From: Octopus sinensis | Lineage: Eukaryota | Assembly: GCF_006345805.1 (NCBI RefSeq) | Contig: NC_043001.1 | Span: 65,844,001-65,908,000 of the forward strand | Direction: 5' to 3' | Length of the DNA stretch: 64,000 bases | Shown here: positions 50,401 to 63,100 of the stretch, piece by piece | How positions within the stretch are numbered: position 1 is the stretch's first letter | Layout of the letters: the number at the start of each line of letters is the position of its first letter | Notes under the pieces: model-generated | The model's database searches: none | Told to the model about the DNA's origin: nothing | The model's input: the letters and a program-made list of their open reading frames with translations, nothing else | Position numbers and translations under genes: made by a program

Positions 50401-51640
50401 CCGCTGCTGTTGAGAAGAGGGAAGGGGAGGTTTCTCTGGGACTGGAAGGGGTAGATTTGACTATTTTTTGTTAGGGTTGGGGGGACTATTTGGGAATCGT
50501 GTGTGTTTGCAGGGGATATTTTCTCTTGTTGGTGCTGGGGCTAGAGAGGGCGAGTTGGCTATTTTTTCTTTTTCTGTGATTTGGTTTTATAGGTTACGGT
50601 AGCTGAATATTTTTTCGTTTCTTCGTTTTCGGTTTTTGGGGTGGTATTTTAAAGTAGTAGCGAGGCCTCCTCCACTCTACCATCACGCGTAACTTGGTTT
50701 CTTCTCCAATCTGGATGGTTTCAGCGATTTCTTTGATGTGGGCAGGGGCTGCTTGAATAATTATTTCGAGCCTTTGGCCTTTCCAGTTTTGCTGCTCGAT
50801 TTTAGTGGCTTCGAAGATCGATATTTTATTCTCTAAGCCCATAATGAGTGTTGCGCAAAGACAGGCAACGTTATTCTCGCGAGGAATTTATACCACCGTT
50901 ATATTTGTAGTGTGCCTTCCCACGTAGGTCGGGAGCAGCACCAGCTGTTCTAAGTGGTTTTATGGATTGTTGCCTGGCTTTTTCTTTACTTTTAAAATGT
51001 ACCACAATTGTAGCGAACTTTTTGCCTCTTGTGAGAAATGTAATGTCTGACCAAATCGATTGTAGACATTTCTCTACGTCTTCTTTTGCTGCGATTTCTA
51101 ATTTTTTTTTGTTTCACCACGTAGATTTTGTACATTATAATCTTCCGTGTTGCATTTTCTACTATTTCGCTTTCAACTCGTACCCTTCTCTTTGAAACAT
51201 TTCTTTGTGTTGATTTAGCACTTCTGGTTCAACATTAATTTTTTATCTAGCGAGACCTGCTGCAGCAGTGTTTTTCTCAACGGAGGAGTAACTCATGGCT
51301 GGGGATTAAAACTTCTTTTTTGCAAACACTTGTCCAACTTGTTCGCAGCTTTAATTAATTCCTCCTCCGAAGAGGATATTTCGGAACCGCTAAGGTTCAA
51401 ATAAAAAAAATATCTTTTAGCCATGGCTATCTCTTGATTTTATCGAGAGAAAGCACAACTTGAAACCGCTGCCAACGCAGCACAAAACAGTTCAAATAAC
51501 AATAATTCAATTAACAGCAACCAATAATTTAAACTTCAATTCACCAAACGACAAAAATGGAGAACTTGGGCTGAGAATAAAAATTGCTCTAAGACAAAAA
51601 TACAAGATAAAATGACTACCTGCTTTTATAGCAAGTTGAT
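47430..51640 (-). mobile_element. Tx1/L1-clade LINE, decayed, RT core deleted
   Basis: ORF1 remnant at ~50150-51424. APE (SCLNVRGL, ATETRL, DPEGRLVVLDV, LVLLGDFN, GYWK); RT start (SPGLDGLLYEFY, RPITL, KILAKVLAKRL) joined directly to LTLKGRAKVAN; C-terminal PRCG..SETFPHAF.QC knuckle. Confidence 0.9.
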
Positions 51641-51726
51641 GCAGGCAGTTTATCCCGTCCCCCTCCGACTTTTAGTTCATGCAGTTGAAAAGACTGCATT
51701 ATTAATGGAATGATCCAATATATATA

Positions 51727-51812
51727 CATACACGCTGAATGTAGTCACTAGGTGCAAACATGGCAGCCTAGGATCGAATAAACAATATAAATAAAAGCCA
51801 CTGATACACAAG

Positions 51813-51851
<39 letters not shown>

Positions 51852-52272
51852 ACAGAATGAGAAAAGAAAAATTAAATAAATAAGTAAATAAAAGATACGG
51901 GTACAAACAATGCAGTGTACAAACCCATATACACGCACAGAAGACATACTAAACACATGAAAAACACGGATACAAACGTAACCGCATGTGCAGATACGGA
52001 TGCACAGCTCAGAGAGATGAAATGACGTAGACAGAACAAGAGGAGGCGCGTGCGACAGAATGCCGCTGAAGAGGTCACAGAATATGTGAAGAAAACTTTG
52101 ACAAGTAAACTAAAAAGATAATAATAAACTTAAAGTGAAGATCAAATAAATAGTGCGTGTGTTTAATCGGCAAAAGATGGTCATTCCAAGTATAACAATA
52201 TCTTTTTCAACACACGATTTCACATGGCCGCTGCCAAATGACTGAAACAAGTAAAAGAATAAAAGTAAAAGA

Positions 52273-52303
<31 letters not shown>

Positions 52304-52454
52304 TGTATGTATGTATGTATGTATGTATGTATGTATGTATGTTTGTATGTATGTATGTATATTCTTTTATTGGCTCCTAATATGTAGAATTATCTACGTT
52401 TCGATTCTTGGCTTCCGTATTTACACCTAGTGACTACATTCAGCAGCGTGTATG
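51727..52454. repeat. ~52-bp inverted repeats enclosing ~620 bp
   Basis: GCTGAATGTAGTCACTAGGTG at 51734 versus CACCTAGTGACTACATTCAGC at ~52424. Confidence 0.75.
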
Positions 52455-52921
52455 TTAAGTATATATTTTTTGGCATGGGGGTTCTCCCCTTGATCCACAT
52501 GTAATATGATACTCTGGTAAATACACCAGCACTCAGAGTGGCCACATACCATCCAACATACTAGCAGCTACACAAATACACGTATATATAATTTCATACA
52601 GACACGCGCGGGCGTGCACACACATATACATAAGCTTACTAAACAGTACATAATTCACATATATACCTAGATATATAGAGTTACTACACTTACAGGTATA
52701 GGCAACTATACAAACATACCTATGCCTCTACATTAATGTATATATGCGCTGATATACCTACTTAAATGTCCCCACACATTTAATTTTCTATATACATACA
52801 AACATAAAATAGTGACATGTTATCACACAGACACACACGCGCACACACGAACACATACACAGACACATTGACAAATACGCTTAACTTTTGTACTTCACGG
52901 ACATAGTACGCGCAATTCTTG

Positions 52922-52959
<38 letters not shown>

Positions 52960-53019
52960 TGTGTATGGGTGTGTGTGTGTGTATGTGTGTGCGTGTGTGT
53001 GTGTGTGTGCGTGTGTACA

Positions 53020-53420
53020 CATTCAACATATTTGGAAAATTGGTGGCAACCCAGGTCTTTAACATCTAACCCCACAAACAAAACTAATGTTCTATCAAGA
53101 TGTTGTCTGTTGTTATCTCAACATTACTATATCATTGCGAAACACGAACCCTTTATCGTTGGAACATCAAAAATCTGGATTATTTCCATCAACAAAAGCT
53201 TTACGCCTTGAAATGAAAGAACTCCATAGCTACGAGACACGCTGTCTAAAAATTATAAGATAAACAACACTCGAATCATGAATTCAGCCCTGATGAAACA
53301 CTGGCTCTGAATGTTAAAACCTGAAGGTAAGATGAAAGTAGACAGATTTCCACGTTAAATGATATTCAGTCAGTTAATCGCCGAAACCGCCCCACAAAAC
53401 ACGGATATCCTTTCCACAGA
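53020..53420 (+). mobile_element. RTE-clade LINE RT C-terminal fragment
   Basis: VVISTLLYHCETRTLYRWNIKNLDYFHQQKL; SALMKHWL..KMKVDRFPR.MIFSQL. Confidence 0.65.
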
Positions 53421-54160
53421 TATAAAGACCAATAAGAATTAATGTACAATCGTGTGCGAAACTACGTAAGTTATGGTATTTAGACATCCCAGATGTACAT
53501 GATTCACTAACTGATGCAGTGACAACCACCACTTTTGAAAGATTTTGTCTACTACTGGTTCAAAAAAGTCTTTAATATGAAATTGATTATAGTAAATCAA
53601 GTATGCACATTGGGTGAGACGTCCACAAACTGAATGATTCTGGTTTTGCATCAGAATATCTTTATCCCAATCAGATGCTCTGACAAGGACTAGGAGTCCA
53701 TTACTCCAGCAACGGCCTAACAATGCGTCATACAGTCTACCTTTCGTTCCTCGTTGCCACTATTTCCATGTTCCCATATATATTGCAAGGTAGTTGATGA
53801 TATTATGCACCCACATAAAACATCTTCAAACTTATTAGAAAGTGCTTCACACAACAAATAAGAACTTTCATTATTCTACTCCTTCATACCTCACTCAGCT
53901 CCTCCCTTCCTCCGACGTGTCTAGATCGAACCAGCCAAACTCACAAACATTTGTAAAGTTATAATCCGAATTTTTATCCATTTGACTACATCTATCTGCC
54001 AAAATAAGAGTTTACTAAGGCCCACTATATACTAACCAATCATCGAAAGCATATATAAGTCTCGCCTTTATTGTTGTTGAGGGAAATAGTATGATCATTA
54101 CAGGTAATATACGTATCTGTGATTATTGTAGGTAATAAACATACTATGATCACTGTAGGT

Positions 54161-54198
<38 letters not shown>

Positions 54199-54202
54199 TG
54201 TG

Positions 54203-54267
<65 letters not shown>

Positions 54268-55162
54268 CATGGCTATTGCAATATACATACTAGGATTAGT
54301 GGAATAAATATAAATACTTTGACTGATGTAGATCATAGAAATACTACAATAACTGATATGCATTCCCTTTCCAAACCTTTGAATCTATCTTAAAAGACGT
54401 CGGATAAAGTATTCTGGAATTAACCTAGAAATATTTCCTGGGTTTCATTTCTTGAAATCAACGCAAAATACTTTAAAATTGCTGTTCCGAAGTTTATGAC
54501 AAAGACTAATCCATGACAATACGTCTTTTCATTGATGTGTATGTTGTCGGAGAGGCTGTAATTGAAGTTGATCCTTTCACTAGTTCAACTATCTTTTCAT
54601 TAAGATGAAGTGGAAGACATAGACAGGCAGACAGACAAAAGTACACAATTGCGAATGCGAAGAGCATTTTAATTTTAATGTCAGTAGAATAATAGAAACA
54701 CTGATTATTATCTTTTAGCTAATAGACAAAGCAGTGTCCAAGACACTTACACAAACTGCAATGCTAATGAAAAGGAGGGGCGAAAGTGACTTCTAACCAG
54801 AAACTTGGCCTCCAGCATTGTAGATACCAATAAAGGTACGCAAAGTGTCAGACCATACTGTTAAACATGGTGATGGGTTAAGTCAATGGTGAAATTTGAA
54901 CCGGGACAAATACTGTTACGCATTCAGTGCAATATTTTTACAGTTCCTGGAGTCTCTGGCATGGATTGGGACGGTTTTTTAAATCAAACCTGAAAGGATG
55001 AAAGACAAAGTTGACCTTGGTAAGACTGGAACTCAGAAAGCTGTGAGACGAAACAAATAACAAATACCGTGAGACAAGCACTCCGACACATTAATGATAT
55101 CTACATACGATCCTGCCAATTTGCCAGATCGATAGATCAATCGAACGCTTTATTTTTCTTCC

Positions 55163-55207
<45 letters not shown>

Positions 55208-55452
55208 GCACGCACGCACGCGCACACACAAACAAATTAGGAAAAGATTTGCATTATCTATTTTTTTAATATACTTTTTTTGTGTCTTCTCTTTTGGTAA
55301 GTAATCACTTTGCAAAACCTATTTTCCAGTATTTTTCAACTCTTATGCATGCCTCACACAATCATGATATCTACACATGTTCTAGAAGTACTCGAATATG
55401 CAGATACGCTTCATGAGGACACACCTTAGATTATAACCCTATCTCTATACTA

Positions 55453-55501
<49 letters not shown>

Positions 55502-57164
55502 GTATGTGAGTTTAATAGTAGTTTAAAATAATCTGTCTGATGTTCAGCGCCAAATCATCTCACAATCAAAAGTAGAAATGTATTCTCTGTACAGTTCCAA
55601 TTAAGGAAGTGTTTTCCTATTCAGAATTCTTATTTTTAAAATCTTCAAATGGAAATTAATTGTTTTTTATTGTCTTTTATTATCTTTTCCCAATCAGTAG
55701 ATGTGGGAAATCATAGTAAAGAGCTTCATTAAATTTAATTTGAAGGTAAATTGGAATTTTATCCAGAGTACATGGCAATTAGAGTGACCTTAAAAGAAAA
55801 GCAAAATTTACCAAAATATAAATAAGGAATATATTGATATCAATGACCCTGTTTTGTAAAGTATGCAAAATGTCAAAAAAAAAAAAAGAAATTATTTGAT
55901 GTTGTGCAATTTATATAATTATTTTGAACTTGCTGCAATTGGCTCTACTAACAGGAAGTCTAAGAAAGGAATTAACTCTGAGAAAATTACATCAGACAGG
56001 TCTGATTTCAGTTTGGCTTTTCAAAGAATTCGGAGAGAATGCAAGAAGTACAGTAAATGTAATTATTCCTAATTTTAAAAAATTGTTCCTGCATTTATGA
56101 TCAGTTATTGTAAATACTAAATTCTTAATCAGGAATATCTTCAATATGCAATTTTTTCCTACATAAAATGTTATTGATGTTTCCATTAAGGGAATATATG
56201 GTAAAATAATTAGCAAGTATTCAAAGGAGCATTGAAGGCAGATAATCAATATTTCTCTGGGATTATTGGAAAAATTAGGAAGTGATTATCTGAGAAAATA
56301 TTTCTGTAAAATTCTTCATATTTTACTTTTTCACTCACCAAACTATGGTCATGCTGGGGCACAGTAAAAGTATTCAAAAACACAATCAATTATATTTAAC
56401 ACAATACTTCACTTTTGGTTACTTTGTCGACTTTGGAACTTTAACTTGCATAATTGTACTTAACTAAATGCCACAAAGTATTTAATCTTGCTAATTCTGT
56501 TGATTACATATCTTATTACATATCTTATTTTAGAGGATCTGAAGTTCTGAAAGTTTTGTCTTTCGACATTTATATTCTACAGCTAAATATTAAGAACGAC
56601 TAAAACAGAACAGAGAGGAAAGAAAAAAAAAGAGGCATGAACGGATTGGTTGTTTTAGCAACAGTTGAGATATTTGTTGTAGTTCTTTTCATCTCAATGT
56701 TTTCATTTATACTAGAAATTGCATTTAAATGTAATGATTAATACAATGTGTAATAGAATTCAACTATAGAACAAAACAACACAGCTGGCAACTATTTAGC
56801 AACAATAAAATTTACTTAGCCTGACTCCCATTTGTCGCTCCAAAATTAAGATAAAGGCATCATACTAAATGTATGCTTAACGAAATATTGTTGGACTTTT
56901 TCTCCCTAGTAAATGTTAAAAAAACATTCATTAGAATTTCAAAAACGAATTCATCGTTTATTCAAAAATGGCGGAAATTTAAAGAGGAAATTGGCATTGT
57001 CATGTGGCATAGGGTAAATGTCATTGTAATGATAATTTCCGTGTTGTGCACAACACTTCAGTAGGCTGCTAGCTATCCCCAGGCTAAAATAATGGCCTCA
57101 GCAGACACATTATCAGTGCAGTGGTCAGAATAAAAATATCTTTTGGTTGTATTAATCTTACTGC

Positions 57165-57450
57165 GCTATATATAATTGTCTACAGTTGTATTGCTTTCAT
57201 TGTATTATATATTAAATAAACGTCCTGAATTGTATTACTTTTATTGCAGTACATAAAAATGTCTGTGGTTTATATTATTTTTACTGGGATACATATAATT
57301 GTCTTCAAATAGATTTCTCACAAAGTAGTTTATATAAATGTCTACATTTATATTGTTTTCATTGTGGTATGGTATACAGTTTTCACAGTAGTACACATAA
57401 AAAATATCTACAATCTGTATTACTTTCCCTGTGGTATATACAGAAGTATA
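57165..57450. repeat. Diverged ~40-bp minisatellite
   Basis: Recurring TATAA(A/T)TGTCTACA..TGTATT.CTTTCATTGT units. Confidence 0.65.
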
Positions 57451-57494
57451 AAATTATTTTTCGTTGTATCACGGGAGAGTCATTAGGATAATAA

Positions 57495-57935
57495 TAGTTT
57501 CAAATTTAGGCACAAGGCCAGCAAGTTCAGGATTGCGAGTAAGTCGATTATACCAACCCCAGTGATTCACTGGTGCTTACTTTATCGACTCAAAAGGACA
57601 AAAGCAAAGTAGATCTCAGTGGAATTTGAACTCAGAACGTAAGAATGGACGGATTGCCGTTAAGCATTTTGCCCGGCTTGCTAACGATTCTGCCAGCTCA
57701 CCGCCTTAGTCTTTGTGATAATAATTTTTTCTACTAAAGGCACAAAGCTGAAAATTTCGTGGAGAACTACTCGATTACATCGATCTCAGTGTTTCACTGG
57801 TACTTAGCTTATCGACCACAAAAGGATGAAAGGATAAGTTAACCTCGGCGGAATTTGCACTCATAACGTAGCGGCGGATGATATGCCGCTAAGCATTTTG
57901 CCCGGCGCGCTAACAATTCTGCCAGCTCGCTGCCA
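57495..57935 (-). mobile_element. Two tandem family D SINEs
   Basis: 57495-57707 and 57725-57935 both match 42880-43112. Confidence 0.88.
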
Positions 57936-58749
57936 TAGTCATTATGATAATAATAAGCACACACAATGATTCTATTTCACTTCCTGATTTTTTATTCGTC
58001 AATTGGTTAACCATTTAATCTATTAACTACTCAATTGTTTCAGTAATCTTTCGGTCAACAAATCAATGAGCTAGGTTTGTCCTTGTGTCGCTTTTTGCAT
58101 GCTCACCGATGACATACCCTTTCTATTTCAGGTCTGCTTCAAGTCTGTCTATCTTATAGTTTACAGGTTCTATAGTTATATTCAAATGAATGCAAATGAG
58201 AATGTACATGACGAAAGGAGGGAGACAGAGGGGGAGAGAGACTGGGGGAAGAGAGAGGGGAAAACGAGATAGTGTGTGTATATGTGTGAGCATTCGCGCG
58301 TGTTTATGTGTGTGGGCAGATGCGGGTTTGTGTAATATAGTGTAGAGTTTGTCTGTATGTATGTATACATGTATGTGTGTTTGTGTGTGGGTGTGTGTGT
58401 GTTTATGTATACGAATGTGTGTGTGAATGAGTGCTTGTATGCACATTTACTTGTTGGAAGAAAGTATGGATCAAATTACAATTTAATGACTCATATTCTT
58501 ACATTCTAATAACTGAAAGCAATAAGGAATTCGGTATTTGAGTACTAAGGAACTACACACGCCAAGCATATATTCTCGCACACGCACAAAACATACAGAT
58601 GTATGTTTATTAACACACCAGTGTATGTTTATTAATCTAACTCCCGCCTCCCATACCATGTGTCTCCCACTTTCTTTATATCTCGCTCAGAGATTTATTG
58701 TTGCTTACTTTATCGACTCCAAACACACGCACACATATATATACATACA

Positions 58750-58841
<92 letters not shown>

Positions 58842-58931
58842 TATATATACATACATATATATAAACACACATACATACATAGACATACAAATCATATATG
58901 TATATTTTGACATATATATTTATATATTCAT

Positions 58932-59120
58932 AGGCGTAGGAGTGGCTGTGTGGTAAGTAGCTTGCTTACCAACCACATGGCTCCGGGTTCAGTCCCACTG
59001 CGTTGCACCTTGGGCAAGTCTCTTCTACTATAGCCACGGGCCGACCAAAGCCTTGTGAATGGATTTAGTAGACGGAAACTGAAAAAAGCCCGTCGTATTT
59101 AAGTATATATGTGTGTATGT

Positions 59121-59163
<43 letters not shown>

Positions 59164-59292
59164 TGTGTCTGTGTTTGTCCCCTCTACATCGCTTGACAGC
59201 CGATGCTGGTGTGTTTCCGTTCCCGTAAGTTAACGGTTCGGCAAAAGAGAACGATAGAATAAGTACTAGGCTTACAAATAATAAGTCCTGGG

Positions 59293-59347
<55 letters not shown>

Positions 59348-59550
59348 TGTGTCTGTGTTTGACCCCCCAACATCGCTTGACAACCGATGCTGGTGTGTTT
59401 ACGTCCCCGTACGTTAGCGGTTCGGCAACAGAGAACGACAGAATAAGTACTAGACTTACAAAGAATAAGTCCTGGGGTCTATTTGCTCTACTAAAGGCGG
59501 TGCTCCAGCATGGCCACACTCAAATAACTGAAAGAAGTAAAAGAGAGTAA
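58932..59550 (+). mobile_element. Family A SINE, full length, with internal (TG)n and duplicated tail
   Basis: GTGGCTGTGTGGTAAG A-box, GGGTTCAGTCCC B-box; tail repeated at 59160-59292 and 59340-59550. Confidence 0.9.
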
Positions 59551-59619
59551 AATAGCATATAAATATATGCGTATACATGCGCATATATATGTATGTATGT
59601 ATACACACATACACACACA

Positions 59620-59661
<42 letters not shown>

Positions 59662-60077
59662 TCACACACACACACACACTTATGTGTGCATATGTATATT
59701 GTAATATTATATTTTTCATATAAGAGACTAAAGATAGTCATATGTGCTGTTTAATCCTGCAAAGTTTAAAGACGGTTAAATTACTTAGGAGCAAAACTGT
59801 GGACGGTAGTATGTAAAGCAAAAGTAGTATGAAGAGAAATCTACAGAATTATGAGTATTATGAGAGGCATGTCAAAATAAAGAATAAAAGACGTTACCTT
59901 GCTCTTTTTCTTCTCTTCCCTCTCTCTTTAATATATATATTCTTTTATTCTGTTAATTGCTTCAGTCATTTGACTACGGCCATCCATACTGTTACTCAGA
60001 GTTGTCTGACGAACGGGAACGTGGGACTCTACTCTGAGTAACAGTTTTTGTGATATTTTTGCTGCTTTTTAGTAAAG

Positions 60078-60132
<55 letters not shown>

Positions 60133-60149
60133 TTTTTGCGTAATGAGAT

Positions 60150-60545
60150 AAAATAACCAAGGCTGTATAGATATTAGAGCATTTATAGATAGAAGGTCTT
60201 ACATCTGTTTCTAGAATATTAATTAATAATAATATCCCTTCATCGGAGGCAGTGTGAGAGGAAAAGTTAATTTATAGTTAGTTTCGATGTGATATAAATA
60301 GAGAGTGAGGTGGAGGGAAGAAAATAGATGTAAGATATGTATGGTTATTGAGTTCATAAATCCGTTTTATAGGCATAATGTATAAAATCCAAAAGTCCAA
60401 CAGAATCCTTTGAGTAAAATCCAAAAAGTCCAACAGAGTTTAATATGAGTCCATCCAAAAGTAAAGTTTATAGGCAATGTAAGATTCTCTTAAAGTTGGT
60501 TATTGCCAGTAAGGAATTTATATAGAATGTAGCACATTCAAGGTT
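60150..60545 (-). mobile_element. Inverted PLE 3'-end/pLTR fragment
   Basis: AACCAAGGCTGTATAGATATTAGAGCATTTATAGATAGAAGGTCTTACA is homologous to the 23858/27862 repeat and carries the same hammerhead type. Confidence 0.65.
60196..60250 (-). ncRNA. Hammerhead motif, one core substitution
   Basis: Minus strand reads GCCT-CCGATGA-AG-GGATATT...AATATTCT-A-GAAAC-AGAT-GTA-AGAC. Confidence 0.6.
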
Positions 60546-60546
60546 T

Positions 60547-62300
60547 GTGTTTAAACTGGTTTTCTGTAGAATGGGCTTAAGCATCGTTTTTGATGATGAT
60601 GTAACGAAGGCCAACTTTTTAGATATTACACTTAACTTACACAATAATTCGTACTTCCCATACCACAAACCATCGACTAATCTTAAGTATATTAGCAAAT
60701 TCAGTAATCATTCTAGGGCAATTACTAGGAACTTAGTTAAGAATATTTCATTTAGATTGTCTAAATTATCTGCTTATATTGACATTTTCAAAGATAAAGC
60801 CGAATTTTATAACCCTGCCTTACTTAAAGCAAGCTATACAGAGAAAGTTACCTGCACTAATTCCATTCAATCTTATTCTACCTTTAATAATGGAGACATG
60901 AAATCTAATTGTAAGGATATAAACTATATCAATTTTAATTTATATGCTAACACCAGACGGATGAAGGGAGATAACCCTTATTTAAACCCCTTTTTTCATT
61001 CTAAAGGTAAATCTGTCTTTCAAAGATAGTTACACTAAAATTAAGGTAACAAATATTAAAACTATTTGGTTAATTATTCCTTATGGGAGGCACATTTATT
61101 CTAATCTTCCTTTGCCGTTTCGCGAAGCTATTATTAGGAATTTTCCCACGAATTCTAGGTATTACCCTGTTATCAATTCACACACGGTTAGGATTGGTTT
61201 TTCCAACACAAAAAATATCTTACAAATTATCTCCTCATATAATATTAGCCTGTTTAATAGGGATACATTTACTAATACTAACATTAATTTAGCTAATACC
61301 AACCATCCCCTAGAAATATTAATAACAAGGTTATTGTATCTGAAGTCAATTACAAGAGAATCAAGTTTATGCCAAGTAACTCTAAAATTAAAAGTTCTCT
61401 ATATCAGTGTAAAATTACTTCAGGTAACGATGTATTTCTTTATATAGGCAGTTCCTCTTCTCAGTTATCTAAAAGAATTTCTAATCATTACACTACATTT
61501 AGGGATAGGAATAAACGTAACAGTACAGGGCTTAGTAAATTAATTTGGTATCTAAAAGATCACAATAAACAATTTAATTTAGATTGGTTGATTCTCTCAA
61601 TTTCGATCCATTATGATAAAGGCAAGGAATTCTGTCTTCTCTGTAATTCTGAACTATTTTAATTCTTTTTTCTAAAAATCCTTTGTAAACACGTTTATAG
61701 AGCGTGCATACCGATGTAAACATTGGCAGAAAAACACCTTTAGTTCATATAAGTGATATCTATCATTATATATAATTTAAACATTAATTTTCTTCTTACA
61801 TTTCACATTCACTAGATATATCATTTTCATATATCATTACTTTATATATCGTTATATATTTCTCATTTATTTGGTTTTTTCTTTCATTTACCCCTCCTCT
61901 TTCTTATAGGCTACTTTTGACGTTATATCCCCTAACGTTCTTCTTTTAAACTTAATAGTGTTCAATTAATTACTATACATATCCATCATATTCTGTTAAA
62001 AGGTCTTACTGACGAGTTTCATTTCTTCACTTCCCTGGAGAGAAGATTACGTTGTTTTACGCCATTTTATTCCTTTGGAATAATACTAGTGATATCTTCG
62101 AAACATGTGTCGAAAGTAAAAGAATTTGAATAACACGTGGATTTAACTCCATTTATTTATTTATATGCATATTATACAAAATATTTAACGTAAACCTGGA
62201 GTGTCTACCTTTAAAAACAAGGAGTTACACCCCCTTTACTTGTTTGATTTTTTGCTATCCTGGTAACTATTTATCTATTTTTTCGTGTTAATTGTTAACA
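60547..62300 (+). mobile_element. 5'-truncated Penelope-like element (RT thumb + GIY-YIG + 3' pLTR)
   Basis: NFLDITLNL..YFPYHKP...YISKFSNH...NISFRLSKLS; LYQCKITSG..LYIGSSSSQLSKRISNH...STGLSKLIWYLK...CLLCNSE; coding ends ~61756. Confidence 0.92.
62029..62117 (+). ncRNA. Hammerhead motif in the PLE 3' region, one core substitution
   Basis: ACTTCC-CTGGAGA-GAAGAT...ATCTTC-GAAAC-ATGT-GTC-GAAAGT. Confidence 0.65.
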
Positions 62301-62631
62301 AGGGAAAAATGCACACACACACACACATATATATTATATATATATTTAGATGTGTGTGTGAATGCGCACGCGCGTGTATGTGCGTGCACGCGTGTGTGTG
62401 TTAGAATAGAGTAGTTTGGGTGAAGCATTGTGTGATATTAAATTACATAATCTTGATAAGACTAAAACTGCGAAATGAAATAGAAAGTGAATAACAAAAA
62501 TGAAGACGAACAATAGTTGAAGTTTTACCTCGTATTTCAAGTACAAGGTAAATTCAACTACTGTTCTGTCTCTGCATTAGTAGTTCACTTTGTATTTCAC
62601 ACACGCATAAACACACACAAACACGCACACA

Positions 62632-62678
<47 letters not shown>

Positions 62679-62679
62679 T

Positions 62680-63100
62680 ATATATATGCATATATACATA
62701 CACATACGTACACACCTACATATATATGTATATATACATGCATATATGGGTACAGAACGTAAAAAGACTGAACAAAATGAAAAACGAGAACACAAAAAAC
62801 ACAAACATGGAAAACGAACTTTTTTCGAACAACGAAAGAAACAAATAGTGAAACGAGACAGGCAACATAAAAAACAATCCCGTCATGAGTTGCCCCCTGT
62901 TTTATCTACTCCGCGTTTCGAACGTTGGGATAATATGCGACTTTGCCAAAACAGTCGTTCTCGCAAAGCAAATTAAATGAAATTTGAGATTTTGCTGAGG
63001 GTTAAAATGGTAACAAAAACAGGACAGTAAGAACAAAACAGTAAAAAAAACGGTAAGGGCTGTTAAGCCATAACGATGTAATGTGGCGAACGCTGGAGAA
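62680..63100 (-). repeat. Dispersed repeat related to 18711-18915, with a degenerate hammerhead-like motif at 62904-62968
   Basis: Minus strand TTTGCGA-GAACG...CGTTC-GAAAC-GCGGA-GTA, then the shared segment. Confidence 0.6.

Noticed and set aside
53290-53335. CTGATGA-AACA..TGTT-AAAAC..GTA hammerhead-like motif
   Set aside because: It lies within an RTE RT coding remnant (ALMKHWL) and lacks G12; probably coincidental.
62009-62015. CTGACGA as the core of the 62.1-kb hammerhead
   Set aside because: No stem II follows it; CTGGAGA at 62035 gives coherent stems I and II.
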